From positions 61,256,001 to 61,320,000 of the forward strand of contig CM059430.1 of assembly GCA_030390025.1 (NCBI GenBank): a stretch of 64,000 nucleotides of DNA, in the 5' to 3' direction. Shown here piece by piece: positions 51,283-61,242 of this stretch. Under the pieces are notes generated by a model that saw only the letters and a program-made list of their open reading frames with translations, was not told the DNA's origin and made no database searches. The DNA comes from Squalus acanthias (lineage: Eukaryota). The first letter of the stretch is position 1, and the number at the start of each line of letters is the position of its first letter. Position numbers and translations under genes: made by a program.

Positions 51283-51562
51283 AACGTTAGAAGAATGGGA
51301 GAGAGTGAAGGGGCATTGATTCATTGCTGTAGATTCTGCGTGAAGTCTTCAGAAGTTCAATGGGATACTTGGGCACTATTAAATTGCAGCTTCCGACCAC
51401 AGTCAAGTTATACTGCAGACGGTGTGTATCAAACTACCCGAAAACAATTTTATAAAAACGCTGAAAAAGTGCTGGCAGTGGTTATGGGGAATTACAAAGC
51501 CAAGAATCCAATACGTTTTTTAACTGCCTCATCAACTTACCCTGCCACTTTCAGCTTGAAAT

Positions 51563-52311
51563 GAAATTCGGGTCTCCATGGGTGAGTACGCGCTGTGTAC
51601 TCACCCGTAGACACAACGAAAGTGCCGGTTTCGCGCATGCACTGTGCATGCGTGGAAACCGGAACTTCCGTTCCCTTGAAGGAAGGGGTTCGGAGGTCAA
51701 ATGTGTGCGCCGGAGAAGCAGCGCGCATGCATCGAACTTCCGCTTTTTTTTCAGGTTTCCCCGTGAGGGTAAGTCCCTGGCAGCTGCGCGGGGAAAAAGC
51801 AGGTGCAAGGCCTGCTTTTAACAAGGTAAGTGGTGAATTAAGTGAAAGTTAAACATTTTTGCCACAGGTTTATCTTTTTTAAATACTTTAAAGAAAGGTA
51901 AGTTTATTTTTAGCCCTGTTAAAAACTGTAATTAATTTTTTCAAAAATTTAAATATTTGCTTAAAATAGTTAATTTATGTAATTTATAGTTATTTTAAAA
52001 ATGAGATTTAAAAAAAAAATTTATTTGAAGTTTTAGTAAGGTTTTGGGGGGTGATCTCTATTCATAGATTTGACAGGTCTTCCTGTCAAATCTATGAATG
52101 GAGATTCCCTGCTTCGATTGGCTCTCCATGGCCCACGTGATCTCAGGAGACGCTTCGAACTAACTGCGCCTCTGGGATACGCAAGCACTGCACACTGGCA
52201 GCTGGAGGAGGCCCAGGACCGGAATACCACGCGGGCCCACAGCACAACGGCAGGCGCGCTAGGTAAGTGAAGGTCGGGGGCTTGCACCCGCGGGAACCGA
52301 ATTTCTGGCCC
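51563..52311. mobile_element. Harbinger-type MITE, family C, left TIR clipped
   Basis: Right TIR gaatttctggccc. Left end retains only gaaattcgg. Confidence 0.8.
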
Positions 52312-52404
52312 AAGAAGTGGAAGAATAGTGTCGCTTAATTTAATTGGAGGGGGAGACTTGTGCCAGGTTGGATTAACACGGAGAGAATTGCCATATGAAG
52401 TGAA

Positions 52405-53091
52405 TGTAAGATTATCATGGATTTGCTGGTTTCTAGAATACTTGTTTTAATATCTTATAATCATTAATATCTTCTAATCATTAGTATCTTATAATCAGCA
52501 GAAATGGATTTATAATCGCGTGTAAGAACTAAAAGTAGAAGTCTGTAATCATCAATTGTACGCAATGATAACCTGAATTATATATGACATGTAACCCTTT
52601 TGCTTATAATTAAAAGACTGTGAGTAAGTGGTATCCCAGACAGCCTGGGGTGAGAAAGTGAACTTCTACAGCGTGAGTCTCCGTGGATCCCGAGGCAGAA
52701 GGCAAGTTCGTAGATTTTTGCCGGTCGGAGGCATTCACCCGTGGGAAGCCTCCGACCGCAAATTCAGGCTCCATAGGTTTCGAATGAGAGTAAGGGTATA
52801 AGAAGGGGGGCTCAACAGCCACAAGATGTAGAAGATTTCAGGAAGAATCAAGGAGACACCTGAGAGACAAAGAGTGAAGATGGACAAGAGACACAGGGTG
52901 CAGTTTACTTACGATTGCGGCTTCTACCCAGAGGTTAACGGGGTAATGTAAGTCTGAATTATGCTGTGTAAACTGCTACATGAATATTGTAATGTATTAA
53001 GTCCTGTTTGTGCTGAATAATGTTAAATCACAGTCCCCAATATGTGTCAACCTCGAATCATTTGGGACTATGGACCCTCTGGGATCTTACA
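52405..53091 (+). mobile_element. LTR of an LTR retroelement (contains a family-B MITE end at 52672-52771)
   Basis: Inverted termini TGTAAGAT...ATCTTACA, TATA-like box at 52797, PBS 3 nt downstream. Confidence 0.75.
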
Positions 53092-53094
53092 AAT

Positions 53095-53114
53095 TGGCGA
53101 GCCTTAGCCAGGAG
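53095..53114 (+). promoter_or_regulatory. Primer binding site, tRNA-Arg(ACG)-type
   Basis: tggcgagcc(tt)agccaggag is the complement of the tRNA-Arg(ACG) 3' end (TGGCGAGCCAGCCAGGAG) with a 2-nt insertion. Confidence 0.75.
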
Positions 53115-53601
53115 GTTGATTGACAGTTGATTCTTTTATAAACTATTTGTGGCAAGCAAGAGCCTAGGACTGACGTGGCTGATCACCTAGTCAGTTAAGG
53201 AAGGAAAACATTTGGGGTGTGTAGGACACTGCGACCTACCAATAGACATAGCAACGAGTTAGTAGAAATGGTGGGCTTGACAGAAGTTGAGCATGCCAGG
53301 GATAAAGTGTTCGGAAAATGAAGTGTAACTGATTTAGTATTGTTTCTGATGAGTGCGGAAGGAAACTCATATCAGAAGGTGACAGAGTGGGTCCAGAGCC
53401 AAGTGTCTCTGGGAAAGGTCAAATTAGACAAAGGAAAGTGTTTGTTAGGCTATGCAGCTGATTTGTGTGTGCAGCGCGGTGAAGTACGGGAAGAGAAACA
53501 TTTAGGAGCACAGGGAATAAAAGAAGGGGAACATTTGGAAACACAGAAAATAATAATGAGAAGTTCGCACAACACCAGGTTATAGTCCAACAGATTTATT
53601 T

Positions 53602-53646
53602 AATTTTACAAGCTTTCGGAGCTGTCGCTCCTTCGTCAGGTAAGTT
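53602..53646 (-). ncRNA. Minimal type I hammerhead ribozyme motif (minus arm)
   Basis: Exact reverse complement of 58561-58605. Confidence 0.75.
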
Positions 53647-53883
53647 AGCAATGAGAGAATCTCCCAGAATTCACAATTTAAACCCAGACAAAATCTATTC
53701 ACATTATTCGCTACAACAAAGAGCACAGCCAAGACAATGAGATGTGTCCCAGGGGGTCCAACGTGTCAAACCACCTGCTGGCTGCATATCCTGTCAATTT
53801 GTGTTCTTGTGTTAGCCTTTTTAAAAAAAAACAAAAAAAAACAAAAAAAAAAAAAAACACCTGGGAAGACCGGCCATGTCAAG

Positions 53884-55973
53884 TCACGTTCTGTATCGTG
53901 ACATGAACCCGATATCGCGATTGAGGCCATCCTCATGAGTGCGGAACTTGGCTATCAGTTTCTGCTCTATGATTTTGCGCTGTCGTGTATCTCGAAGGCC
54001 GCCTTGGAGAACGCTTACCCGCAGATCCGAGGCTGAATGCCCCTGGCTGCTGAAGTGTTCCCCGACTGGGAGGCAACCCTCCTGCCTGGCGATTGTTGCG
54101 CGGTGTCCGTTCATACGTTGTCTCAGTGTCTGCATGGTCTCGCCGATGTACCATGCTCTGGAGCATCCTTTACTGCAACGTATCAGGTAGACAACGTTGG
54201 CCGAGTCACATGAGTATGTACCGTGTACCTGGTGGGTAGTGTCCTCACGTGTAATGATGGTATCTGTGTCCATGATTTGGCATGTCTTGCAGAGGTTGCC
54301 GTGGCAGGGTTGTGTGGTGTCTTGGTTGCTGTTCTCCTGAAAGATGGGTAATCTGCTGCGAACGATGGTACTTTTGAGGTTAGGCGGCTGCTTGAAGGCG
54401 AGTAGTGGAGGCGTGGGGATGGCCTTAGCAAGGTGTTCGTCGTCATCGATGACATGTTGAAGGCTGCGAAGAACATGGCGTAGTTTTTCCGCTCCGGGGA
54501 AGTACTGGACGACGTAGGGTACTCTGTTGGTTGTGTCCCGTGTTCGTCTTCTGAGGAGGTCTATGCGGTTTTTCGCTGTGGCCCGTCGGAACTGTCGATC
54601 GACGAGTCGAGCGTCATATCCCGTTCTTACGAGAGCGTCTTTCAGTGTCCGTAGGTGTCCATCGCGTTCCTCCTCGTCTGAGCAGATCCTGTGTATTCGC
54701 AGGGCTTGTCCATAGGGGATGGCTTCTTTAACGTGGTTAGGGTGGAAGCTGGAGAAGTGGAGCATCGTGAGGTTGTCCGTGGGCTTGCGGTAGAGTGAAG
54801 TGCTGAGGCGTCCGTCTTTGATGGAGATTCGTGTGTCCAAGAATGAAACCGATTCTGAGGAGTAGTCCATGGTGAGTTTGATGGTGGGATGGAACCTGTT
54901 GATGCTATCGTGTAGTCCTTTCAGTGATCCTTCGCCGTGGGTCCAAAGGAAGAAGATGTCGTCGATGTATCTGGTGTACAGCGTTGGTTGGAGGTCCTGT
55001 GCAGCGAAGAAGTCTTGCTCGAACTTGTGCATGAAGATGTTGGCGTATTGGGGTGCGAATTTGGTCCCCATGGCTGTTCCGTGTGTTTGGGTGAAAAAAT
55101 GGTTGTCGAAGGTGAAGACATTGTGGTCAAGGATGAAGCGGATGAGTTGTAAGATGGCGTCCGGAGATTGGCTGTTGTTGGTGTTGAGTACTGAGGCTGT
55201 CGCAGCGATGCCGTCATTGTGGGGGATATTGGTGTAGAGTGCCGATACGTCCATTGTGACGAGGAGTGTTCCTGGTTCAACTGGTCCATGGGTGCTGAGT
55301 TTCTGCAAGAAGTCTGTAGTGTCGCGACAGAAGCTGGGGGTTCCCTGTACGATGGGTTTCAGGATGCCCTCGACGTACCCAGAGAGGTTCTCACACAGGG
55401 TTCCGTTGCCTGATACGATAGGACGTCCGGGTGTGTTGGCTTTGTGTATCTTTGGGAGGCAGTAAAAGTCTCCTACGCGGGGAGTACGTGGGATGAGAGC
55501 GCGTAGGATGTTTTGAAGGTCTGGATCGAAGGTCTTGATCAGTCTATTGAGTTGGCGGGTGTGTTCTTTGGTCGGATCTGCGGGTAGCTGTCTGTAGTGT
55601 TCCTGGTTGTCCAGTTGTCGGTATGCTTCTTTGCAATAGTCCGTTCTGTTCTGTATGACGATGGCTCCTCCTTTGTCCGCTGGTTTGATGACGATGTTGC
55701 GGTTGGTCTTGAGTGCGTGGATGGCGTTGCGTTGTGCTCGGGTGACATTCTGGACTGTCTTGTGAGTACGGCTGATGAATCTGGCGTTGATGCATTTCCT
55801 GACAGCTTGAGCATACATGTCAAGCTTAGGGTTGCGACCCTCCGGAGGGGTCCAATTTGACTCTTTCTTCCTCGGTTGCAGCACTGCGGTTCCCTCTGTC
55901 TGCTGTTCCAGATCATTGATTGTCCCATTAGGAATGTTGCTGACATCTTGGGATTTGTGGTAGTATTCCCGGA
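53884..55973 (-). CDS. Penelope-like RT + GIY-YIG endonuclease ORF, 5' truncated inverted copy
   Basis: Open frame of >666 aa with two visible amino-acid differences from the + copy. Confidence 0.9.
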
Positions 55974-58340
55974 GACACCGCCAAACAGACGAGGCAACGG
56001 AACTACGCTACCTACATGCGCATCAAGAACAGGAAGCTTGAGAAACTCGGCGTAACCACCAGCTACAACCAAGCCTCCCCCGGTACCACGGTTGCAACCA
56101 CAGGGAAGTCCATCGTCAACCTGTCGGACCACACCCTTCAACCAGACGAAATCGAAGTTCTCGCCCTAGGGCTCAAGTTCTGCCCCACCACCAAAATGGA
56201 CCCCATCGGTCTCGCGGCGGACACAGAGGAATTCATCAGGAGAATGAGGATCCGGGAATACTACCACAAATCCCAAGATGTCAGCAACATTCCTAATGGG
56301 ACAATCAATGATCCGGAACAGCAGACAGAGGGAACTGCAGTGCTGCAACCGAGGAAGAAAGAGTCAAATTGGACCCTTCCGGAGGGTCGCAACCCTAAGC
56401 TTGACATGTATGCTCAAGCTGTCAGGAAATGCATCAACGCCAGATTCATCAGCCGTACTCACAAGACAGTCCAGAATGTCACCCGAGCACAACGCAACGC
56501 CATCCACGCACTCAAGACCAACCGCAACATCGTCATCAAACCAGCGGACAAAGGAGGAGCCATCGTCATACAGAACAGAACGGACTATTGCAAAGAAGCA
56601 TACCGACAACTGGACAACCAGGAACACTACAGACAGCTACCCGCAGATCCGACCAAAGAACACACCCGCCAACTCAATAGACTGATCAAGACCTTCGATC
56701 CAGACCTTCAAAACATCCTACGCGCTCTCATCCCACGTACTCCCCGCGTAGGAGACTTTTACTGCCTCCCAAAGATACACAAAGCCAACACACCCGGACG
56801 TCCTATCGTATCAGGCAACGGAACCCTGTGTGAGAACCTCTCTGGGTACGTCGAGGGCATCCTGAAACCCATCGTACAGGGAACCCCCAGCTTCTGTCGC
56901 GACACTGCAGACTTCTTGCAGAAACTCAGCACCCATGGACCAGTTGAACCAGGAACACTCCTCGTCACAATGGACGTATCGGCACTCTACACCAATATCC
57001 CCCACAATGACGGCATCGCTGCGACAGCCTCAGTACTCAACACCAACAACAGCCAATCTCCGGACGCCATCTTACAACTCATCCGCTTCATCCTTGACCA
57101 CAATGTCTTCACCTTCGACAACCATTTTTTCACCCAAACACATGGAACAGCCATGGGGACCAAATTCGCACCCCAATACGCCAACATCTTCATGCACAAG
57201 TTCGAGCAAGACTTCTTCGCTGCACAGGACCTCCAACCAACGCTGTACACCAGATACATCGACGACATCTTCTTCCTTTGGACCCACGGCGAAGGATCAC
57301 TGAAAGGACTACACGATAGCATCAACAGGTTCCATCCCACCATCAAACTCACCATGGACTACTCCTCAGAATCGGTTTCATTCTTGGACACACGAATCTC
57401 CATCAAAGACGGACGCCTCAGCACTTCACTCTACCGCAAGCCCACGGACAACCTCACGATGCTCCACTTCTCCAGCTTCCACCCTAACCACGTTAAAGAA
57501 GCCATCCCCTATGGACAAGCCCTGCGAATACACAGGATCTGCTCAGACGAGGAGGAACGCGATGGACACCTACGGACACTGAAAGACGCTCTCGTAAGAA
57601 CGGGATATGACGCTCGACTCGTCGATCGACAGTTCCGACGGGCCACAGCGAAAAACCGCATAGACCTCCTCAGAAGACGAACACGGGACACAACCAACAG
57701 AGTACCCTACGTCGTCCAGTACTTCCCCGGAGCGGAAAAACTACGCCATGTTCTTCGCAGCCTTCAACATGTCATCGATGACGACGAACACCTTGCTAAG
57801 GCCATCCCCACGCCTCCACTACTCGCCTTCAAGCAGCCGCCTAACCTCAAAAGTACCATCGTTCGCAGCAGATTACCCATCTTTCAGGAGAACAGCAACC
57901 AAGACACCACACAACCCTGCCACGGCAACCTCTGCAAGACATGCCAAATCATGGACACAGATACCATCATTACACGTGAGGACACTACCCACCAGGTACA
58001 CGGTACATACTCATGTGACTCGGCCAACGTTGTCTACCTGATACGTTGCAGTAAAGGATGCTCCAGAGCATGGTACATCGGCGAGACCATGCAGACACTG
58101 AGACAACGTATGAACGGACACCGCGCAACAATCGCCAGGCAGGAGGGTTGCCTCCCAGTCGGGGAACACTTCAGCAGCCAGGGGCATTCAGCCTCGGATC
58201 TGCGGGTAAGCGTTCTCCAAGGCGGCCTTCGAGATACACGACAGCGCAAAATCATAGAGCAGAAACTGATAGCCAAGTTCCGCACTCATGAGGATGGCCT
58301 CAATCGCGATATCGGGTTCATGTCACGATACAGAACGTGA
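55974..58340 (+). CDS. Penelope-like RT + GIY-YIG endonuclease ORF, 5' truncated but uninterrupted
   Basis: IKPADKGG, LPKIHK..PGRPIVS, DVSALYT, GTAMG, RYIDD. Linker CX4CX2C. VVYLIRC..C..WYIGET plus two His. Frame is open from the junction (first ATG 56016). Confidence 0.95.
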   Translation, partial: DTAKQTRQRNYATYMRIKNRKLEKLGVTTSYNQASPGTTVATTGKSIVNLSDHTLQPDEIEVLALGLKFCPTTKMDPIGLAADTEEFIRRMRIREYYHKSQDVSNIPNGTINDPEQQTEGTAVLQPRKKESNWTLPEGRNPKLDMYAQAVRKCINARFISRTHKTVQNVTRAQRNAIHALKTNRNIVIKPADKGGAIVIQNRTDYCKEAYRQLDNQEHYRQLPADPTKEHTRQLNRLIKTFDPDLQNILRALIPRTPRVGDFYCLPKIHKANTPGRPIVSGNGTLCENLSGYVEGILKPIVQGTPSFCRDTADFLQKLSTHGPVEPGTLLVTMDVSALYTNIPHNDGIAATASVLNTNNSQSPDAILQLIRFILDHNVFTFDNHFFTQTHGTAMGTKFAPQYANIFMHKFEQDFFAAQDLQPTLYTRYIDDIFFLWTHGEGSLKGLHDSINRFHPTIKLTMDYSSESVSFLDTRISIKDGRLSTSLYRKPTDNLTMLHFSSFHPNHVKEAIPYGQALRIHRICSDEEERDGHLRTLKDALVRTGYDARLVDRQFRRATAKNRIDLLRRRTRDTTNRVPYVVQYFPGAEKLRHVLRSLQHVIDDDEHLAKAIPTPPLLAFKQPPNLKSTIVRSRLPIFQENSNQDTTQPCHGNLCKTCQIMDTDTIITREDTTHQVHGTYSCDSANVVYLIRCSKGCSRAWYIGETMQTLRQRMNGHRATIARQEGCLPVGEHFSSQGHSASDLRVSVLQGGLRDTRQRKIIEQKLIAKFRTHEDGLNRDIGFMSRYRT

Positions 58341-58560
58341 CTTGACATCATGGCCGGTCTTCCCAGGTGTTTTTTTTTTTTTTTAAAAAGGCTAACACAA
58401 GAACACAAATTGACAGGATATGCAGCCAGCAGGTGGTTTGACACGTTGGACCCCCTGGGACACATCTCATTGTCTTGGCTGTGCTCTTTGTTGTAGCGAA
58501 TAATGTGAATAGATTTTGTCTGGGTTTAAATTGTGAATTCTGGGAGATTCTCTCATTGCT

Positions 58561-58605
58561 AACTTACCTGACGAAGGAGCGACAGCTCCGAAAGCTTGTA
58601 AAATT
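58561..58605 (+). ncRNA. Minimal type I hammerhead ribozyme motif (plus arm)
   Basis: ttac-CTGACGA-a-ggagc(gaca)gctcc-GAAA-gctt-gtaa: core boxes, stem II, palindromic AAGCTT stem III and stem I ttac/gtaa. Penelope-like elements are known to carry such motifs. Confidence 0.75.
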
Positions 58606-58975
58606 AAATAAATCTGTTGGACTATAACCTGGTGTTGTGCGACTTCTCATTTTTGTCCACCCCAGTCCAACGCCGGCATCTCCACATCAGAAAATAATAG
58701 AGAGGGAGAAGGAATGCCAGCAACTAGAAACCAGGAATCTGGGAACTCAGCAAATGAAGGAAAAAAAACAAGGAGTTAGAGAACCAAAACAAGCTGCTGA
58801 GACGACAGTTCAAAATGCAAAAGAAAAGGAACTGAAAGTTGAAAGCAGAACTGAAGTTGTTGGTAAATGCTGTCAACTTCTGTGCCGAGAAAAACAAAAC
58901 ACAAAAATTACTGAGTGAAAGGAAGCTGAAAGGATGCTGGAATTTAACTTTGTGTGAAAGTGTGAAAGTGTGAAA

Positions 58976-59005
58976 CCCTAACCCTAACCCTAACCCTAAC
59001 CCTAA
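58976..59005 (-). repeat. Interstitial telomeric repeat (TTAGGG)5
   Basis: Five perfect ccctaa units preceded by (gtgtgaaa)3. Confidence 0.9.
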
Positions 59006-59357
59006 AGTTTGGAACTTTTCCTGACTATGAATGTTTAAGAAGTCATAGCATTTCTTTTGTCTGAAAGTCTGTCTTTAGAAAGTGTCTGCTATGTTTGTTT
59101 TAGCGCCACCCACAGTTCTGTGCACTGAGCCATTCTACCCTTTGTAGTCTTGTTTCTCATGTTGGAAGTATTAAGCATTTGTAATTAATGTCTTTCTTAA
59201 CGTGTGCTGTTTTAAGTTTGTTAATTGATTTATTGTATGTATACACATGTGTATTATTTGTGAGATATTTGAGTCATGTTTTTGGTTTTTGAACTGATTC
59301 AAACTTTGTGAACAGGCTCGCAACCTGGGATTATCAGGAAAAAAATCAGCACTCTTG

Positions 59358-60597
59358 TGCGTTACCCAGCCCAATTAAATGGTGCGGGTCTGGTGACGTC
59401 ATTGATGACATGTTTTCAGCTGGGATATTTAAAGGAGCCATGGCCACATTGCATTTGAAGGTTCATCTAGGAGTGTGCAGGTCGTGCACTTCATTATTCC
59501 ACTGCTGCACACACCACCAGAAATGACTGCACAGAGGCAGAGGGCTGCACCCAGGTTCTCCGATGACTCCCTCCATATGCTTGTGGAAGGAGTCAGAGCA
59601 CACAGGGATGTCCTCTTCTTTGCTGATGGGAGGAAGAGACCTCCTAAGCAGAGCAAAGTAGCCTGGCTCCAAATAGCAGAGCAGGTGAATGGCAGGGATG
59701 TCATACTGAGGACCTGGCTGCAATGCTTTAAATGCGTCAACGATCTTGTTAGATCCAGAAAGGTGAGTACAAAGCCACACTTACCTTCATCCTGCTGTGC
59801 CTCTCATCACATCCCCATCACTCTGCCTTCCCAACCCTACTGCTGCACATCCTTACTCACACCAACATACCTTGCACCTCCACCCATCCCTCTCTCTCTA
59901 TCTACATTATCACATCCCCATCTTACTCATCACCACTCACACTCACCCTCATCCTAATGCAATCATGCTAACTAACAACACACAAGGAGGCCACTTGGAA
60001 TTGCCACCCCAATCCATTCTCGTCACCCTCTACAGAGGTAACCCATCCATTTCCTACACTCATTCCATCACACTCACTCAACCTTCTCTTCTTTCCCTCC
60101 TTGCAGAAAAGAGAGTCCACAATAAGAGTGAGAGGGAGAGAACTGGTGGTGGAGCCCAATCAGTGGTCACCATGACCACAGCAGAGGAGGCTGCCTTAGA
60201 GATGGCGGGAGTCGCCAAGCACCCAGAGGTGGGAAACAGAGAGAGGGGGACATCTCAGCAACCTGGGGACAGAATTACATATCATACAGCTACATGGCAC
60301 ACATCAGTCACTCATATGTGGGCTGATGTCAGCAGCCATTGAGTGGTCATTATGTGTATAAGGTCTCTGTACCCAATCTACATATGAGATATTTAACTCA
60401 TCTCTTTACTCTTCCACAGGTCCATCAAGAGCCACCACCACTGTCCAGGAGCAAGAGGAAGGCGACTCCTTAGAGGAGCCTCCAGCCTCTGAGGGCGCAC
60501 CATCACCAGACAGAAGCGCACCCAGCACCAGCGCAGATACTCACACCTTGGTGGGTTCCTCGCGAGATAGAGTAGTGTTGTCACCTGGTGTGTCACA
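59358..60597 (+). mobile_element. Truncated Harbinger fragment with Myb/SANT pseudogene (exons 59523-59762, ~60107-60265, 60420-60597)
   Basis: Colinear with 31288-32537. RAAPRFSDDSLHMLVEGV...RTWLQC. Exon-2 donor mutated, no TIRs. Confidence 0.88.
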
Positions 60598-60610
60598 AAT
60601 CACAACCGAA

Positions 60611-60891
60611 CCACATGAAGTGAATGTAAGATTATCATGGATTTGCTGGTTTCTAGAATACTTGTTTTAATATCTTATAATCATTAATATCATATAATCA
60701 ACAGTATCTTATAATCAGCACAAATGGATTTATAATCGCGTGTAAGAACTAAAAGTAGAAGTCTGTAATCATCAATTGTACGCAATGATAACCTGAATTA
60801 TATATGACATGTAACCCTTTTGCTTATAATTAAAAGACTGTGAGTAAGTGGTATCCCAGACAGCCTGGGGTGAGAAAGTGAACTTCTACAG
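60611..60891 (+). repeat. Second copy of 52391-52671 (14 nt of flank plus first 267 nt of the LTR)
   Basis: Near-identical direct repeat at offset 8220. Confidence 0.92.
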
Positions 60892-61242
60892 TCAAATAGG
60901 GAAGCTGTGGGTAAAAGTTGGATATTAGCCAACAGTAAGGATGAGGCACAGAGTGCAGCTAGACTGGGAACGAACATTTCAAATTATTGGAATGTTATGA
61001 TTTTCTGCAGTGAGTTAAAAACAGAGGCCTTTCACAGGACCAGCAAGGCAGTGTATCTCTACAGTATGGAGACATGTTCTTTTGTGTTGCCATAACTGCC
61101 CCAGATATGAGTCTTGATGGTCAAAAACAGATGATGTAAGGGGGGTCATAAGACTAGAACCTGCGCAAGCCAAGATGCTGCAGATGTGGCATCTTTTAGA
61201 TTGGATTTTGGATTTTAGGTTTTGGGTCTAAGCCAGTGATTG

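Larger units (their letters stand above)
53556..58687. mobile_element. Penelope-like retroelement (Neptune-like) insertion forming an inverted repeat: arms 53556-55973 and 56251-~58651, loop 55974-56250
   Basis: Arms near-identical. Duplicated target cagaaaataata at 53544-53555 and 58688-58699. A ~36-nt 3' tail is present only on the + arm. Confidence 0.95.
53268..58918 (+). pseudogene. Gag-like ORF remnant (53268-53555 and 58700-58918) interrupted by the Penelope-like insertion
   Basis: ATG shortly after the PBS, one internal stop. Reading frame rejoins across the TSD as ...HLETQKII|EREKECQQLE.... The gag assignment rests on position only. Confidence 0.5.

Noticed and set aside
53933-58291. 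Many short overlapping or antisense ORFs in the track (also over CR1, SINE and MITE copies)
   Set aside because: Shadow frames of GC-rich transposon sequence with no independent evidence.
61070-61165. Zinc-knuckle-like CKGGHKTRTC after the second LTR copy
   Set aside because: Spacing is off, a stop is adjacent, and it is too short to support.
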